Source of the DNA: Lama glama
Taxonomy: Eukaryota
Assembly (NCBI GenBank): GCA_028534125.1
Contig: CM052817.1
Span: 45,138,001-45,202,000 of the forward strand
Direction of reading: 5' to 3'
Length of the DNA: 64,000 nucleotides
Of this stretch, positions 14,221-26,986 are shown in pieces (position 1 is the stretch's first letter; each line of letters begins with the position of its first letter). Below the pieces are notes generated by a model. It saw only the letters and a program-made list of their open reading frames with translations, searched no databases and was not told the DNA's origin. The translations under genes and the position numbers were made by a program.

Positions 14221-14271
14221 GTACAAGAATTTCATTCTGGAATTCCTTATGATCAGTTCTTAAACTGGAAG
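14221..14271 (+). CDS. Gene A exon 3: VQEFHSGIPYDQFLNWK
   Basis: Acceptor ATTTTCACAG|, 51 nt, open frame, donor AAG|GTAATT, phase 0/0. Confidence 0.8.
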
Positions 14272-15476
14272 GTAATTACTCTTTTTCTTTCTTTTTTTAA
14301 ACCTAAATTAGGAATGTTTGCTGTCTCCTAGGATGATATGATTTAGGGAGGAACTAACTGACATCTTCAAGAAGTAATATTTTCAGGAACATAAACTATG
14401 ATTATAGTATTTTCTCCAAGGTAAAAATGAAAAATCTAAAGTGGAAATCATAGGAAACAGCCTCACTGGCATAGCTAGGACCTCTGTGGACCATTCTTGC
14501 CAGTTGGCAGAATCATCTCCAGAGAAATAGACCCTCTCGAGCCCTGTGAAAGTTAGCAACAGCAGCCCTCAGTCACCTCTGGTCTGGGTGAACACCACCC
14601 TTCTCAGTCTACAATTGGTTTAGATCCTCCTCTTTCACAAATAAGGGGATAACGTAAGTCATGGAAATTCTTTTACAAGTTTAGCATAATCTGACTTGAA
14701 TAGAAGTCATTTAACTAGAACCCAGAAATCATCAAAATATTTTGTTTCCACAACTTAACATTATGTCTTTACGTTTCAAAGGACCCATCCAAAAATGATC
14801 CCAGATAGACCATTGCTGCATCCCATGGTAAACTCATGGAATACATCCATTTTAATATCCAAATTTCCTTGTAAAAAGTTACATGCATTAATTCCTTTTA
14901 GAAGACTTCTTCTCAACTGACAAATGTCTACTTTATTTTTTTTCCAAGAAAGTTCTGAGATAAATTTATACTTATTTTCAGTAATTATCTTTAGCACAGA
15001 TTTGATCTATAGATTGTGGCCTCTTGATATATGGTTTGCTGCTTTGCATCTCCCTGAAGATGCTTGCAGCATCTTTGAAAGCTCAGGTTTCTGCTCAGAA
15101 AGAACTGCCAACACACACAGCTCTCTGCTCCTCACCTTGGCTCTCAGCTGCCCTTTTCTGCTGTAGTCTGAATAGAAAGGCAGAGATAAATCACCATGTT
15201 TTCAGGCACTCTGGTTGTTTTTTCACTAGAGTTAATATCTGGAAAATTTTTGTGCTGATCCAATTCTCAGCTAACTCCTAACTCCCTTCTCTTCTGTGAT
15301 TGTCCAATTTACATTACGACAAGCTTCTTTAGTACTCACAGAACTTAAAGTAATTTTTGCAATTTCTTCTTCGAAGTGTATTTGTTTTCCCAGGACTTAA
15401 AAATATATATTGGAACTGAAACAAAATTTCCTAACAATTAAATGTCATGTAACTGTTTTTTTTTTTTCCCTTGCAG

Positions 15477-15512
15477 TACCTTCAGATGTTATATAAACAC
15501 TTGAGTACCTGT
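15477..15512 (+). CDS. Gene A exon 4: YLQMLYKHLSTC
   Basis: Strong acceptor (T)nCCCTTGCAG|, 36 nt, donor |GTAAGT, phase 0/0. Confidence 0.8.
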
Positions 15513-17201
15513 GTAAGTTTTCATTCTTGATTTTTTCTATCTATATCAACATTTGAAACAAGAATGAAGGTTCAGGAAAATAAAAGGAAAGACATCAGAA
15601 ATATAAAATCACATTTGAGAGTTTCATCATCATAATATTGGCTAACAGAATTGTTGGGTTTTTTTCCTATGGTCAGACATTTACTTTATTATTTAAAATA
15701 CTAAAAAACAGAAATAAAATTATAACAATAGTGTAATAGTTAAAGAAATTATGATATAGCTATACAGTGGAATATTATTTAGCCTTTCAAAATCTTGTTC
15801 TAAAAAATTTAATGACATAAGAACTATTTATAATAACTATTAAATATAAAGGAATAGAAACCTACTTTTTAGGCAAATAATTTTCTAAAAATATTTATAT
15901 TCATAAACTAATTTTAAAAACTAGAAGAGTATATAGTTTACTAAAATGTTAATAGTGATTATCTCTCACAGGTATGAATATGAGTACAAAATTTTTAATT
16001 AATAGGAGAACTAGAACTTGTGAATCTGTTTGAAAAGAATTATAATTTCTTGAAAATGTTGAAGATTGTTATTAACCAATAATTTCAAATTTCCATGACG
16101 TTTCCTTTTAAAAATATCTAAGAAGGAACTTCAACTTTAAAAATAAACATATATATTTATATCTAAAAATACATGTAAGAGAAAATTATTTAAGAACTCA
16201 TAATTTCTTAAAATTATTGTATTTCCTTCTATTTTTCAGTTCTAAAATGTCCATTTGATGCCAAAGTCAACATCTTATCTTTTAATTCCTTGACCATTTT
16301 AATCACAGTTACTTTAAAGTCGGTGTCTGGTAGCTCCATTACTTGGATCTCCTGAGGGTCTGCCTCTGTTCCACTTTTCCTTTTCATTGTCAGTTGAGTC
16401 TCATTCCCTACCACTTCCTTTAGATCCTTTTTTTTAGCCTTGTTGTTTTTGAGTGAGCAGTGAACATTGCTTGTGAAAACTGCAGAGACAACGTGAGGTT
16501 CTGGATGAAGCTGTCTTCCTCTGGAGAGGATTTCCTTTTGTTTCTCTCGGGCACATGGGTGGTGGGCACAACGTTCACAGACCACCTGGATCCATCTGGA
16601 GATTAGAACAATTCCCCTGGTTCACTCTGACTCCCAGGGTGAGGCCTTTGGGGGTCACTTAGCAATCTCCTTCTTTCTGGCAGCTCCTGAACTTTAACTT
16701 TTATCCCCCAGCCCTGTGAGTTTGTCAGAAGTTCTGCTCTGCTTCTTAGCCTTTTTCAGACACAACTTCCAGGCTCGCCAATTGCCTTGAGAGGGTTACA
16801 GCCAAATGTCTCCCTGAGATTCTTGCCTCCCCACAATCTTGAGTCCTTAAAGCCTCACTTTCTTAGAACTCTGCTACCCTCACAACTATGCTTAAAATTT
16901 TTAAGGGATCCAACTCTTCTGATTGTTCCTCCCAAAAGGATTGGCTGGAACAATGAGGCTGGGAAGGGAGTACTTGATTTTCTTTTTAAAGATCAAATAC
17001 AGAGATTTGAAATTTCATGGATTAGCTGTCATTTACATACAGAGAACTAGAGGAAGTTGATAATCAGTTAGTAAAACTAAAAAATATATATGGTATTAAT
17101 TGAAAATGCTCCCCTTACCTATATAAACTTAAAAATATTTTTCTTATGCAAGTAATAGCTATATAATATTTATATGTTGACCAGTCATAAATGATTTTTG
17201 T

Positions 17202-17281
17202 CTTTTTTTTTTATTGAAGTACAGTTAATCACAATGTGTCAATCTCTGGTGTACAGCACAATGTCCCAGTCATGCATGTCC
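17202..17281 (-). mobile_element. ~80-bp 5'-truncated L1 tail with 10-bp target-site duplication
   Basis: Poly-T followed by ATTGAAGTACAGTTAATCACAATGTG; TGATTTTTGT at 17192-17201 and 17282-17291. Confidence 0.75.
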
Positions 17282-17299
17282 TGATTTTTGTTTTATCAG

Positions 17300-17431
17300 A
17301 GGAAACAACCAATGAACAGACGGACCACCATCGTCCCCACGCCATCTTTCCCACCCGTAACAGAAATGGCTTCTCCTTTGACTCCTAATCCACCAGGCCC
17401 TTTCACCCCCAATAGGCGGGGAGATTCATGA
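17300..17431 (+). CDS. Gene A terminal exon: RKQPMNRRTTIVPTPSFPPVTEMASPLTPNPPGPFTPNRRGDS*
   Basis: Acceptor TTTTGTTTTATCAG|, phase 0, Pro/Thr-rich, TGA at 17429-17431, followed by a poly(A) signal. Confidence 0.8.
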   Translation, partial: RKQPMNRRTTIVPTPSFPPVTEMASPLTPNPPGPFTPNRRGDS

Positions 17432-17582
17432 TTCATGAAGTTCTGCAGGAACTTCACAGCCAAACACAGCTTCTTCCCCCTGGCACTGTTTAACACACAG
17501 CTGATGATCAAAGACACAATTCCTCTGCTTCTTTTACCATGGTGTACCCTTTTCAGTATCCTGGATAAAACGGCAATGCTTC

Positions 17583-17588
17583 ATTAAA
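17583..17588 (+). terminator. Gene A polyadenylation signal ATTAAA
   Basis: About 150 nt after the stop, with T-rich sequence downstream. Confidence 0.6.
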
Positions 17589-18460
17589 AATGTTTATATC
17601 ATTATCTTATTCCCAAGTGGAATGTCATTTTTCATCATTATCACCATTTTAAGAGATACCAGGAAAATGCAAAGGGATCTAGGAAACAGGATCTCTTTTT
17701 CTCTGGTAAGTCATATGCCTGGCTAAGAATCTGGGGTTTTACGACAAAGGAAGAAAGGAATAAGAATATCGGGGAGGGGTATGCAGCCTGCAGTCTCTGC
17801 CAGACTTGGCGAGGTGGTCATCACTTAAGTGATTAGACCCAGCTCAGCATTCTCACACACAGATATTTCTAATCTAGATTCTACCATTAAATATATTTGA
17901 GTTCAATTGTCAAATATATGGTCTTAACGTCCTCTGTTCATACCCCTACTTAATAATCTTAAGTATCACTTTGGTTCCAGGCACTGGGGAAACAGAAGAG
18001 AACAAGACAGCCTGGGCTTCAGTCCTCATGAGATTCTCACTCCTTTGAAAGTGTTTGCTATTCCTGGGAGGGGGCTGTTAAAAATAATAAAATATATCTG
18101 ACAGTATAGCAGATGGCTTCGGGGCTGTGAATTACAGTTTCATGATCAAAACACTGAGAACAAATAGAGGACTTGGTAATGCAAATATTTACATGGCTAA
18201 CAAAGGGTACGTTACATGCATCTTGACAGCTGATTTTTCTGGGGCCTGGACAGAAATGCCTACCCAGAACTTTCCAGCCCTGGCTCTACTTTAAAATCAT
18301 CTGTGGACCTTAAATACACCAAAGTCCTACCTCAGACCAACTGAACTGACATTTTTAATGGTGGAAGGAACAAGAGCATCAGCATTTTTAAAATGCCTGG
18401 GATGGCTCTAATATGTAGCCAGGTTTGAGAACTATGACTCTGCATAGATTCTCAGAAGTA

Positions 18461-18800
18461 CCGTCACCCCTTGGTATCGTGGGGATTGGTTCCAGGACCC
18501 CCGCAGATACCAAAATCTGAGGATGCTCAAGTCCTTTATATAAAATGGCCCAGTATTTGCATATAACCTACACACATCCTCCCTGTATACTTTAAATTAT
18601 CTCTAGATTACTTATAATACCTAATACAATATAAATGCTAGGTAAATAGTTGTTATACCTTACTGTTTAGGAAATAAAACAGAAAAGTCTGTACAGGAAT
18701 TATACCACAATAAAGGTGTTTTTTAAAAAGTCTGTACATATTCAGTACAGAGGCAACCATCATTGGCCTAATACATGTCAGCAACAATGTAACATTTTCT
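18461..18800 (+). mobile_element. MER2/Tigger3-like DNA transposon fragment (may extend further)
   Basis: CCCTTGGTATCGTGGGGATTGGTTCCAGGACCCCCGCAGATACCAAAATC, typical MER2 end. Confidence 0.65.
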
Positions 18801-20102
18801 TTCTTTCAAATCTTACAGATGCTTTTGTTTAGTGATCTGAAAGAGAGACACAAAGAATAAAACACAGAATATTTAAAATACAAGTACACACAAAATATAA
18901 TTACAAACAGAAAATATAAATTCATTCCCTCTCTCTCTCTCTCACTCACACACACACACACAGTGCTAACACTCACCAGAACCCTGGTTCTTCTGTCTTG
19001 ATAACCTTAGCATGACGATGTGACAACGACTGTCTGGTGCCTATAGTGCCGACCTGGTGAGGCAGCCGATGTGTGGCAGGTAGGTAAGCCATGAGATGTG
19101 AGGCTCCCTTAAACCTTCTGACAGTACACCAGCAGGATCATGTAAGCGGGAGGAACCGGGTTCTGATTCAGACATTGACACTTCGGAGGAAGACTCAATA
19201 GTGCTATCAGGACCCACTCTTGGAAGCCATTTCCTTTATCTATCCTTAAAAGATCATGCATTGATCAAACATTGACTTGTTGGAGGGTTATTCTTGAGAG
19301 CTAACCCTTCAGCACTTGCACCTGTTGAAAACCTGCTACACGTTCTTCAAGTACCCAGATTAACAAACCCACTTCCTGCAAGTCTTCAACTTTTCTAGTA
19401 CCTTTAGGGTAGGCTAAGCTTTCATGCTTTTTTGATACTCCTCTTCTAACGCATTTACCCACGTGCGCCACCAATCACCTTGAGTGATGAGTGCCTGCCA
19501 CTAGCTTACCTTCAGATTTCTAACACTCCACACATACGGTAACTTTCTTCAAGGCAAGCTCTAGACCATCACTTACAAACAGAAAGACTTCTTCAAACTG
19601 TAAAATCCAGACAATATTTTGGATCCCAGAATATTTGCAAAAATCATAGATACATGTACGATGGGAACAAGGCTAGCAGACACTGTGCTCATTTACATAT
19701 TTCAAGCCCCCTTTAGTGACGTCATTCTATAGCTCTTGCCAAATTTTTCTGCAGGTTTTACTGATGTAGTACACTGAATAATGGCCCACGAAAAATGTCC
19801 ACATCCCAATCTCTGGAACCTGTGTGTTACTTGGTGGGAAAAAAACTTGGTAGGTGTGATTTAAGAGTTGAGATGGAGAGACAAACGTTCCCTTTTCTCC
19901 ATATCCTTGCCAAAATTTGTTATTTGTGTTTTGATGATGGCCATTCTGACAGGGGTGAGATATCGTGATTTTGATATGCATTTCCCTGATATTAGTGATT
20001 TTGATGTTCCTGCTGGCCATCTGCATTTCCTCTTTTGGAAAAATGTTCAGTTCTTATGGGTGGGTTGGTTGGTTGCTTTTTAATTGAAATAACAGTTGAT
20101 AT

Positions 20103-20520
20103 TGTGAAGGAAAAGCTGGGCTGGTCTAACAAGATAACTCACAAGTCTAAGTATTGGAATACTGATCTGAGTTCTGCTGGAGTAACTTGTAAATCTAAAT
20201 TAATTAGTGTTGGTTTGCTGTTTATGTTTTTTTTGCTAGCCAGCTGGATTTTCAAAGATACATATCTGGCTTTGGAATATTGGTTTGCTGCCTCCCTACC
20301 TCCACTTTCGTGATGATAATGCTGCTAAAGCTATTCTATGCTTATCGGCCGAATACCCCAAGCTTGTTGTACTTTGCCCTATAAAACCTCACGCGCACGT
20401 CTTGGAGGTGCTCAGAGCTTCGGAGCAGAAGCCCCTCTGAGCCCGCCAGCGTAATACATCTGAGTACTCCAACCCTCCGAGTGGTGCTTGTTTCTTGACT
20501 GGCCTGCCGTTTCTGTAACA
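20103..20520 (+). mobile_element. ERV solo LTR
   Basis: TG...CA termini, ATAT on both flanks, internal CTATAAAA, second copy at 1-229. Confidence 0.8.
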
Positions 20521-21192
20521 ATATCAACTATATGTGGAATCTAAAACATACAACGGAGGTAGTGAATATAACAAAAGAGACTCAGATGTAGAAAAGAAAC
20601 TAGTGGTTACTAGTAGGGAGTGGGAAGCAGATTAAAAGGTATAAACTATCAGGTATAAGCTACAAAGTTGCCAAGGGGGAAGGGCGCGGGAAGGGACAGA
20701 GGAGGATTTGAAGACGTAGAATAGATAAATAAGATTACACGGTATAGCACAGGGAAATGTATACCAGATCTTGTGGTAGCTCACAGCCAGGGGGTAGGAG
20801 CAGTGACAGTGAATATATGTATAGTCATGTATAACTGCATAATTATGCTCTACAGTGGAATTTAACACATTATAAAATAAATATAATAAAAAATATTTTA
20901 AAAGTTTATAAGCTACAAGGATGGATTGCACAACCCAGGGAACACAGCCAATATTTTATAACTATGAACAGTATATACAATCTTTAAAATTATAAATCAC
21001 CGTATTATATTTACACGCTCGTAGCGAACTACTGTATATTAACTACACTTAAGTCTTAAAAGCATTGTAAAGCAAATGCAGAAGCAGTTTTTCAGAAATA
21101 CGAACTCCATAACAGGAAAATGTAATGAGTGAACTATTTCACAAGCGAGAGCAGAACACACACTGAAAAAAAAAAAAACACCATTAACCTTT

Positions 21193-21205
21193 TCTCATAT
21201 TGAAC
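21193..21205 (-). terminator. U1 3' box-like element GTTCAATATGAGA
   Basis: 9 nt downstream of the mature end; resembles GTTYN(0-3)AAARNNAGA. Confidence 0.55.
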
Positions 21206-21214
21206 AACGTAAAC

Positions 21215-21378
21215 CAGGGGAAAGCGCGAACGCAGTCCCCCACTACCACAAATTATGCAGTCGAGTTTCCCACATTTGGGGAAATCGCAGGGGTCAGCAC
21301 ACGCGGAGTGCAATAGGTGAGCCTCGCCCTGGGAAAACCACCTTCGTGATCATGGTATCTCCCCTGCCAGGTAAGTAT
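21215..21378 (-). ncRNA. RNU1: U1 snRNA, full-length 164 nt, variant in stem-loop II
   Basis: Starts ATACTTACCTGGCAGGGGAGATACCATGATCACGAAGG, Sm site AATTTGTGG, ends TTCGCGCTTTCCCCTG; no poly-A tail. Confidence 0.97.
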
Positions 21379-21420
21379 GAGTTGTTATTTTTCCCCGGCA
21401 CCTAACCATCGAATTCAAGT

Positions 21421-21442
21421 CACTCTACACATAGGATCACTT
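21421..21442 (-). promoter_or_regulatory. U1 proximal sequence element AAGTGATCCTATGTGTAGAGTG
   Basis: At -64 to -43; resembles the human U1 PSE in sequence and position. Confidence 0.75.
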
Positions 21443-21590
21443 TTCTTATGTAGCCTCTAGACCCCCTTATTTCTGGAATAAAAAGTTTCCAAGCGATATT
21501 TATCGTGTAGCAATGTTTTGATGTCTGAAGGTTGCCAAAATCTTAGGAAATGTATGTGTAGCGCAAGCATAACCAGCAGTCACTGCGCTC

Positions 21591-21610
21591 ATCTACATAT
21601 TCCCCACCCC
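21591..21610 (-). promoter_or_regulatory. U1 distal sequence element (octamer ATGTAGAT plus adjacent GGGGTGGGG)
   Basis: ATGTAGAT at -220 to -213, the U1-type octamer variant at the expected distance. Confidence 0.75.
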
Positions 21611-24600
21611 TTTTGTTACCTCATTTAATTCCTCCTTTTCCTATATTGTTAGCCGTGCAGTTCCAGTAAGACTTAGGTTAAGACGCTCAACAGATTTAAA
21701 GACAAACAACACAAATTAGCGCCTTCCTTCAAGGATTTGGAGCGAATGACGTTGCTGTGCTATCTGGCGCAGTTCAGCAAGTCGCTCTTCACGTAGCTTA
21801 AAAGAGCAAGTCTGAAAAGACGAAGTCTGACAGAACTACGCTTGAAAATCCATGCTTGTAGTGATAAAAATAGGCTGTCAGTTTAAAGCTTCGCGCACAA
21901 CTACAAAACATGCTCTATTTCAAATATGTGGCAAATGATCTCCCTTAACCTGAAAGGTCGGTTGCATAAACAATAATTCTAACTTTGAACCGAGCAAACG
22001 AGGGCAAAGCTCACGCAGCCCCCCCCCACACACACACATTTGGAGAAGTCGCTGAAGTTGATGGTCCTCCAACGTTGGAAACCAGTTTCCTGATCAGTGT
22101 TTCCCCTCCCAAGCAAGAATAAGTTGTATTTTGATAAACCCTCCGGTGCTCAACACTACAAGCACAGGGACACCCATTTCCTTTTTCACAGGGCCGTTGA
22201 AATCTGGAACAAGACTGCTGGAGAATCCATCCTGCAGAAACTCCTGAGCCCTCCTAGACCCATATTAGACTTCGAAAAGAGCACATCGTGTCTCAGGCAA
22301 TGGTTAGTAATTCACATTGCCACGTCCACATCATAAGTATTATCTGTCTTCCCCATCCTCTCCTCCTGTCTTCACTGTGAATTAGAATTGGAGTTTCCAA
22401 GTTTACCTGTTCTCCGAGACCACACTAGAACCAGGACTCTTCTGGTATTCTCTCCTTGGCCAAAATAAATTAGCCAGATTTGTATATTTTTGAAACAGGA
22501 AGAAATAATGCTGTTTTAAAAATCTTATTAAAGATTAACAAGCAATAACTGAGAACGCAAGGTGTCTGAGGTGGGGAGAGACAAATATTGAGGTGAGATG
22601 GGAGGGGACTCTGTGATGTGGCTGCCACTATTCCTGAAATCTGACCTTTGACAGTCTACCGGTTTGATTTTTTACAGACTATCTCCTCCAAAGAAAGAAA
22701 TATAATGTAAAAATACATATTACATGTAAATACATCTACAGAACATATACATATATGTAGATGTAATCTGTAAGCAAAATATCTACATTTTGTTTTGTGA
22801 AATAAAAGTTAAGATACCTGGAAATCTGGTTGGGAAGCACGCATGTAAGGGAAAAACGTGATGTCTATACTCTGTGCTGTTACCACCAACAACTCTTACA
22901 TCCAAAGTGCCATTTTCAGATTTGTGACCAGTGGTGCTTTCTTCAACAAGTAACAGAGCTGTTAAAGAGCCCTCAGTCTTACAAGGTGAGTTTCAGTATT
23001 TCACAAGACTGTCACTGTTATTGGCCTAGTCATCAAAATTTTTGTCTAAGACAGTCTGCCTCAGGGCAAGGAGGTGACTGTCTTCCACTCTTTTGCAGCT
23101 CAAGCAGGTTAAGAATAGCATTAGTACTACAGTCCTCACACAAGCCCGGCAGACCTGAATGTCCTTGAGGATAGCCACATCTGACTAGGAAAATGTAAGG
23201 AAACATGTGTGTTTAATACCAACGTAAGTTAGCACAGAGAAAGTGGGGAAGATTCTTAGTCATTTCACAAAGGTTGAAAATCTCTTGCCAAAACCAAAGA
23301 CATAATAATCTCACAGATTGATCTCACTTACAAATACGAATGCAAAACTCTTCACGAAATCTATAAAATCGTTATGAACTGAAGCTAGTAGGGTATTAAA
23401 AGAACACATGCAATAGCTAAATAGGTTTTGCAGCAGGAATATGGGACTGAAGTACATGTAAGTGTATTGTACATGTGTGCAGGACAAAGTCTGCGCTCTA
23501 GAAATCTGTTGGAAGAACTTCCCTTGTGGCCTGTGTGTGTCCACTTTCTGGTACATTTCTGTGTCCCCACCAAGTGTAACACTGGAGCTGTGTGTTTTTC
23601 TGGCATTTGTAGGAAGCAACATAGGAAATGAGAAGCAAGTATTGCTCACCTCTTGAAGCGGAAGAATTTTTACCATTAACATCATTTTGATTGTAAATCT
23701 CTGAATAACAGTAAATCAACTATACCTCAATAAGAAATAAAATAAAATAAAGACATGACAGGTCTAACACTTTGCAGTAGCTACAAAGTCATATTAATTA
23801 ATAGAAACATATATCAGCAAATAATATGTTTTATCAAATATCAAAAATATACAATGATTTGATAGAATTTTTTGGCATTTAAAATCCCAAGTGAACCTCC
23901 TAATAAGAAAAAAAAATGAAGTTACTAAAAGGATAAATTTGATGACCCAATAAATGTATTTGCAGAAAATTGAGCATAGAAAATCCTAATGATCAATCAA
24001 GATATCACATTAGCAAGTTACTGTGTTATAGAAAATTATGACACCAAAATGCTGTTTTTTCGTTTGTAAGTTATGCTGATACTCATGTATCTTTCTTACC
24101 CCTATTATGTTTTATAACTAATAAAATATTTGTAAAGGAAAAAAAATCTTTGAATAACAAAGGGATATCTGAGGCGAAGGCCAGCACAGGAGAAGATGGG
24201 ATGTAACTTGGGTTCATTTAATTAGAATTTGACGTGGGCCTTGTATTTTTCTCTGACAACAATGGTAGGTTTTTATTTTGAAAAGAGTAACACTGACACA
24301 CAGAACATTTCAAATGTCTCTTGTCTACCAGATTTGGTTCTGTCTCTGTGGGATTCTCTGACAGGTGAGGAATTCACGGTCTGTGGGTCTGTGTACCTGT
24401 GTACCGTGCCCGCGGGCTCACCCAGCTTCTGAAGTGCACGCTCCCTCCAGCCTCCGTATAATTACGTGCAGGTGGGGCATGCGGTTGGCTGCAAAGCCAG
24501 GGGTAAGCAATTCTCTCAAAACCGAATCCTGAAGACAGACTTTGCTCCCCTACCTGACATCATGTTTTGTAAGACAACTAGTCTAGAAAACACACAAAGC

Positions 24601-24649
24601 CACGGAATTCTTTACCAGGGGCATTTTTATGGGGTCAAGAGAACGCCTG

Positions 24650-24708
24650 GTTGGTGTTGCTTTCTGATGGAGCCTCCTGCCTGTCTTAGCGCGCTCCGGC
24701 GGCGGCAG
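24650..24708 (+). other. Candidate exon 1 of gene B (start uncertain); ATG at 24667 gives MEPPACLSALRRRQ in frame with exon 2
   Basis: Consensus donor CAG|GTAAGT at 24708/24709, locally CpG-rich, phase 0. Confidence 0.5.
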
Positions 24709-26986
24709 GTAAGTCTTGAGGGGCCTGGAGGGAGATGCCTACCCTCTGGTTTATTAATTTATGGATTCAGGGCTTAGTGAACCTTCGGGCATCAGATAGA
24801 GTGGGAGCTATTTCGGAGGATGTGACAACCTGAAATGGTCCCTGGGGTTGAGTGATATGTCTGTGTTTTGGGAGTGCACAGCAGGACCCAGTGGAGTAGA
24901 AAGCGATTTTAAAATTTTTGTATACTTCAGTTTTTTGTTTGTTTTAATTAAAAATTTTTTAATTTATTTTTTATTTTAGGGGGTTAATTAGGTTTCTCTG
25001 TGTATTTATTTATTTATTTTTCTAATGAAGGTACTGGGGACTGAAGGCAGGACCTCATGCATGCTAAGTATGCACACTACCCCTGAGCTATAGAATTTTT
25101 ATATTTTTAAATCCCATACTTTAAAATTTATTTTTAGTGAGTTCTATAATGTACATACTGTATATGCAGTAGAACATGCTTAAAACTGATAAATGATAAA
25201 TATATATGTATATAGAGTACACACTCAAAATTTTTTACTGATGAAATGCATGATAAAAAAGATATCCAGTCAGTCCAGCTGTTGTCCTGCATCAATACAG
25301 AAGGCTGAGTGGTGGAGGGGAATGGTCTGCTATGGGGAGTGCCGGTCAGGGATGTGCCAGAGGAAAACCCTAGACTTCATGGGAAAATTAAAGTAGCAGG
25401 ACAGGAAGGCAGCTCCCAGACGCAGCAGTACCCCGGCACCACCCCAGCACCTGGAACTGTACCATCTATAGACAAAGGGGCCTGAAGAGCAAGTCTTGGG
25501 AGCAGTACAGCAGGCCTGTGTCTTAGCTTGGTCTCCCATAACAAAACACTGTAGATCAGGTAGATTAAGCAGCAGACATTCATTTCTTACAGTTCTGGTG
25601 TCTGGGCATGTCAGGCTCTGGTGAGGGCTCTCAGCCTGCAGACAGCCACTTCTTGCTGTTTGTTCACATGGCAGAGAGAGAGAGAAAGAGAGTGAGAACA
25701 AGCAAGCTCTCTGGTCTCTTCTTATAAGAGCACTAATCTTTTCATGAATATCCCAGCCTCATGACCTCATCTAAACCTAATTATTTCCCAAGGTCCAGGT
25801 GTAAACATTATTACACTGGAGCAGGTGGGGTAGGGCTTCAGCACATGCATTTGGGGGTGGGGGAACACAGTACAGCCCATCACAGCCTAAGGAATAAGGA
25901 CTTGGGTTGGAATTCTGATCTTCATTTCACAGCCAGGACTTTGGGCAAATTATTTAGCCTCACTGTGTCTCAGTTTCCTCATACGTAAGAAACAGAAACA
26001 CTAGTTCCTGCCTCAGGATGCTGTTGTGAGAGTGAACAAATACAGTTAAAGAACTTGGACCAGTGTCTGCACCATGACAAGTGTGAGGTATAGTAGAAGT
26101 TATTTTCACATTAGCTGTTATTATCCAGTGAGATGGGGGCAAACAAAAACACTTAATTAAGTGAAAGCTGAGCTCTGCATGTGGACCCAACCTTAGCCAG
26201 GTCAAGATTACTGGTGCATCTCCAGTGGGTCCTGGAGCAGGCTGCAGAGTCACCTGCCACCCTGCTGAGTCAGACTCCCTGGAAAATACCTCAAGGGGCT
26301 CTGTGCATGGAGATTAAATTTATTTAATGCCTGGGATGCAGTTGGGGTGATGTAGATCAAGATGCAGTCAGGACCTTGGTGGCATCAAGTACTTAACCAA
26401 AGCCTGATTTTCTAGGACCCATACAATCATTATGGATTCTCTCAGCACATTTTTAATGAGTAACCACTATGAGTAAGGGATAAAGCAGTAAGCAGTGGAG
26501 GCAGAAATCCACTCCTTTTATTTAATCTCTTAAATGGACTATGAATTCTTCACAGCCAGACCTTCATTTATCTCTGTTTGGTGCCCAGCTCAGAGCATGG
26601 GAGTAATAATAAAAGCTAAAAACTTACAGAGGGCTGTCCATGTTCCGTGCACTATTTTAAATGCTTCATGTACACTTCTGCATTCATATTTTATAACCAC
26701 CCTTGAAATAGCCTTTAGTATTATCCCAATTTTATAGATGAGGAGAATGAGGCCCAAAGAGGCTAAGTAGTTTGCCCCAGGTCCACAGCTAGCAAGTGTC
26801 AAAGTCAGGATTTCACACCCAGCCTGCTCCATCTAGCACCTCTGTGCTTTACTGCTTCCACAGTACACCGTTGGTGTTAAATAGATAAGGGAAAAACACA
26901 ATGGTCAAGACATCATCTGCATATATACAAGTACATGTTAATTTCTGTGAATAAAAATGTTTCACTTGTGCTTCCAGCCCCTCAGC

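Noticed and set aside
17296..17517. 73-aa minus-strand ORF with Gly-rich segment
   Set aside because: Antisense shadow of gene A's Pro-rich exon
21368..21378. Perfect plus-strand donor CAG|GTAAGT
   Set aside because: It is the reverse complement of the U1 5' end, not evidence of an exon
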